Assembly: GCA_024704765.1 (NCBI GenBank)
Contig: JAKMXF010000316.1
Location: 124,001-188,000 of the forward strand
Source of the DNA: Oopsacas minuta
Taxonomy: Eukaryota; Animalia; Porifera
DNA: 64,000 nt
Direction: 5' to 3'
Shown: piece after piece, positions 62,507 to 64,000 of the stretch
Layout: every line of letters begins with the position of its first letter
Numbering within the stretch: the stretch's first letter is position 1
Program-made: the position numbers and the translations under genes
The notes under the pieces: model-generated
The model's input: the letters and a program-made list of their open reading frames with translations, nothing else
What the model was told of the DNA's origin: nothing
Database searches by the model: none

Positions 62507-64000
62507 CACAGATCAACAAAGAAAATTCTATCTCTTGACTCAGATTGTTGGAGTGTTTTTAGGGTATATCAGGGTTGCTGTATCCGAAAATACTATTAGT
62601 TTTGCTGAATTGGCTCTAGTTTTCTAGATATTTCACAACCTTAAATTTTAAGGTAATACTACAATTATTTTCGGTTTGTATGTTTATATTAACATTTACA
62701 ACTATTTGTCCATAACATAGAACCTGTTATGGATTCAAAATGCATTAGATGTTGTTACCTCAATGATTCTGATGTCTTTTGCTATATTTGTGGTGAATAT
62801 ATGGCAAAGGAACATCGTTGTAATATTAGAGATGTCACCAAAATAGCTTATCAGGCTTACTTTGGTATTAAATTAGACGAACAGGATAAGTCAGGGAGCC
62901 CTTACAAAGTGTGCAAACATTGCACAGAAACCCTTCGCCTATGGACTCAAGGAAAAGCCAAATCCATGAAGTTGGTGACCAATGGTTTGGCGAGAGCCCA
63001 AGAACCATCACGATGACTGCTACTTCTGCATGGTTAAAATGTCTGGATGGAACCGGTAGAAAAAGAATTCGTGGCATTATCCTGACATACATCCTGCAAG
63101 ACGCCTAATTCCACACTGCAGCGAATTTCAGGTGCCTGTTTTTACGTCCTTACCTGATATTACGTTTACTGAGGCAATTGATGAATCGTCGGACAGCAAT
63201 AGCTGTAATGAGTTGTACCGATAAGTATAGCGGAGCCTTTCACACAGGGGCAGCTCAACGACTTAGTGAGAGACTTAGGCTTGTCAAAAGAAGCTTCAGA
63301 GATCCTGGCTTTCTGTCTCAGTGAACACCATGTTCTCCACAGTGAAGCTAAGATAACTTATTACTGACGCAGAGACGAAGAACTTCTTCGCTATTTCAGT
63401 GAAGAAGGCGGTTTGTGTTTTGTAATAACATCCCAGGTCTTCTCTCAGCAATGGGACTGTTCCAATACAATCCAAATGAGTGGCGTTTATTTATCGACAG
63501 CTCTAAACGGAGTCTAAAGTGCGTGTTGCTGCATAATGGTAACAAATTTGCCTATGTTCCGATCGGCCATTCAGTAATCTTGAAAGAGCACTATGCAACT
63601 GTAAAGATGGTCCTACAAAGCTGTGTTATGATGAACATAACTGGATCGCGTGTGTGGACTTGAAAATGGTCAATATCCTGTTAGGACAGCAAAGTAGTTA
63701 TACTAAATACCCATGCTTCTTTGTTTGTGGGACAGCAGAGCGGATGAGGTGCACTGGGAAAAGAAGAACCGGCCAGTTAGTCAAAAGATTGTCGTGGCGG
63801 AAAAGAACCACTACATACCAAGTTGGGACTGATGAAACAATTCGTAAAGGCATTGGACAAAGATGGTACCTGTTTCAACTACCTCTGCTCAGTATGTCGT
63901 GGTCTGAGTATCGAAAAACTTAAGGCAGGAATTTTTGATGGACCACTAATCAGAAAACTGATAAAGATGAAGAATTCGCCTCACACATGACTGGAGTTGA
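62507..64000 (+). mobile_element. Chapaev3-type element C, decayed; runs off the window end
   Basis: Left end TTA|CACAGATCAAC. Motifs DSDVFCYICGEY, EWRLFIDSSKRSLKCVLLHNGNK and DLKMVNILLGQQSSYTKYPCF. Stops and frameshifts are present. Confidence 0.9.

Noticed and set aside
1-64000. CRISPR array, prokaryotic operon or defence system
   Set aside because: No regularly spaced direct repeats, no dense long ORFs and no cas-like motifs. Spliceosomal introns and eukaryotic transposons explain the window.

Overview
AT-rich eukaryotic (animal-like) genomic DNA with GT-AG introns. I found no prokaryotic genes, rRNA, tRNA or CRISPR arrays. Most of the window is transposon-derived: Tc1/mariner families (DD37D maT, DD37E-type Tc1, DD34D mariner, pogo/Tigger), several hAT lineages, three different Chapaev3 elements, a P-element/THAP relic, Helitron RepHel relics, a Ginger2/KRBA2-like integrase relic, an L2/CR1 LINE fragment and several MITEs, many nested. 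The main nest is hAT > mariner > Chapaev3 > Tc1 at about 32.2-42.8 kb. Six plus-strand exon candidates thread through the repeats (1844/1870-2854, 6835-7674, 15228-15418, 20201-20333, 24885-25028, 57323-58149). Their splice phases join into one open frame of about 1040 codons, giving a predicted FERM - Ser-rich linker - FERM protein with a 32 kb last intron. Two transposase ORFs look uninterrupted: a spliced 559-aa Chapaev3 transposase and a DD37D maT transposase that lacks a normal start ATG. The best candidates for novelty are the tandem-FERM host gene and the antisense-biased transposon accumulation in its largest intron. All family calls come from motif recognition by eye, not database searches. 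Boundaries of decayed relics are approximate.
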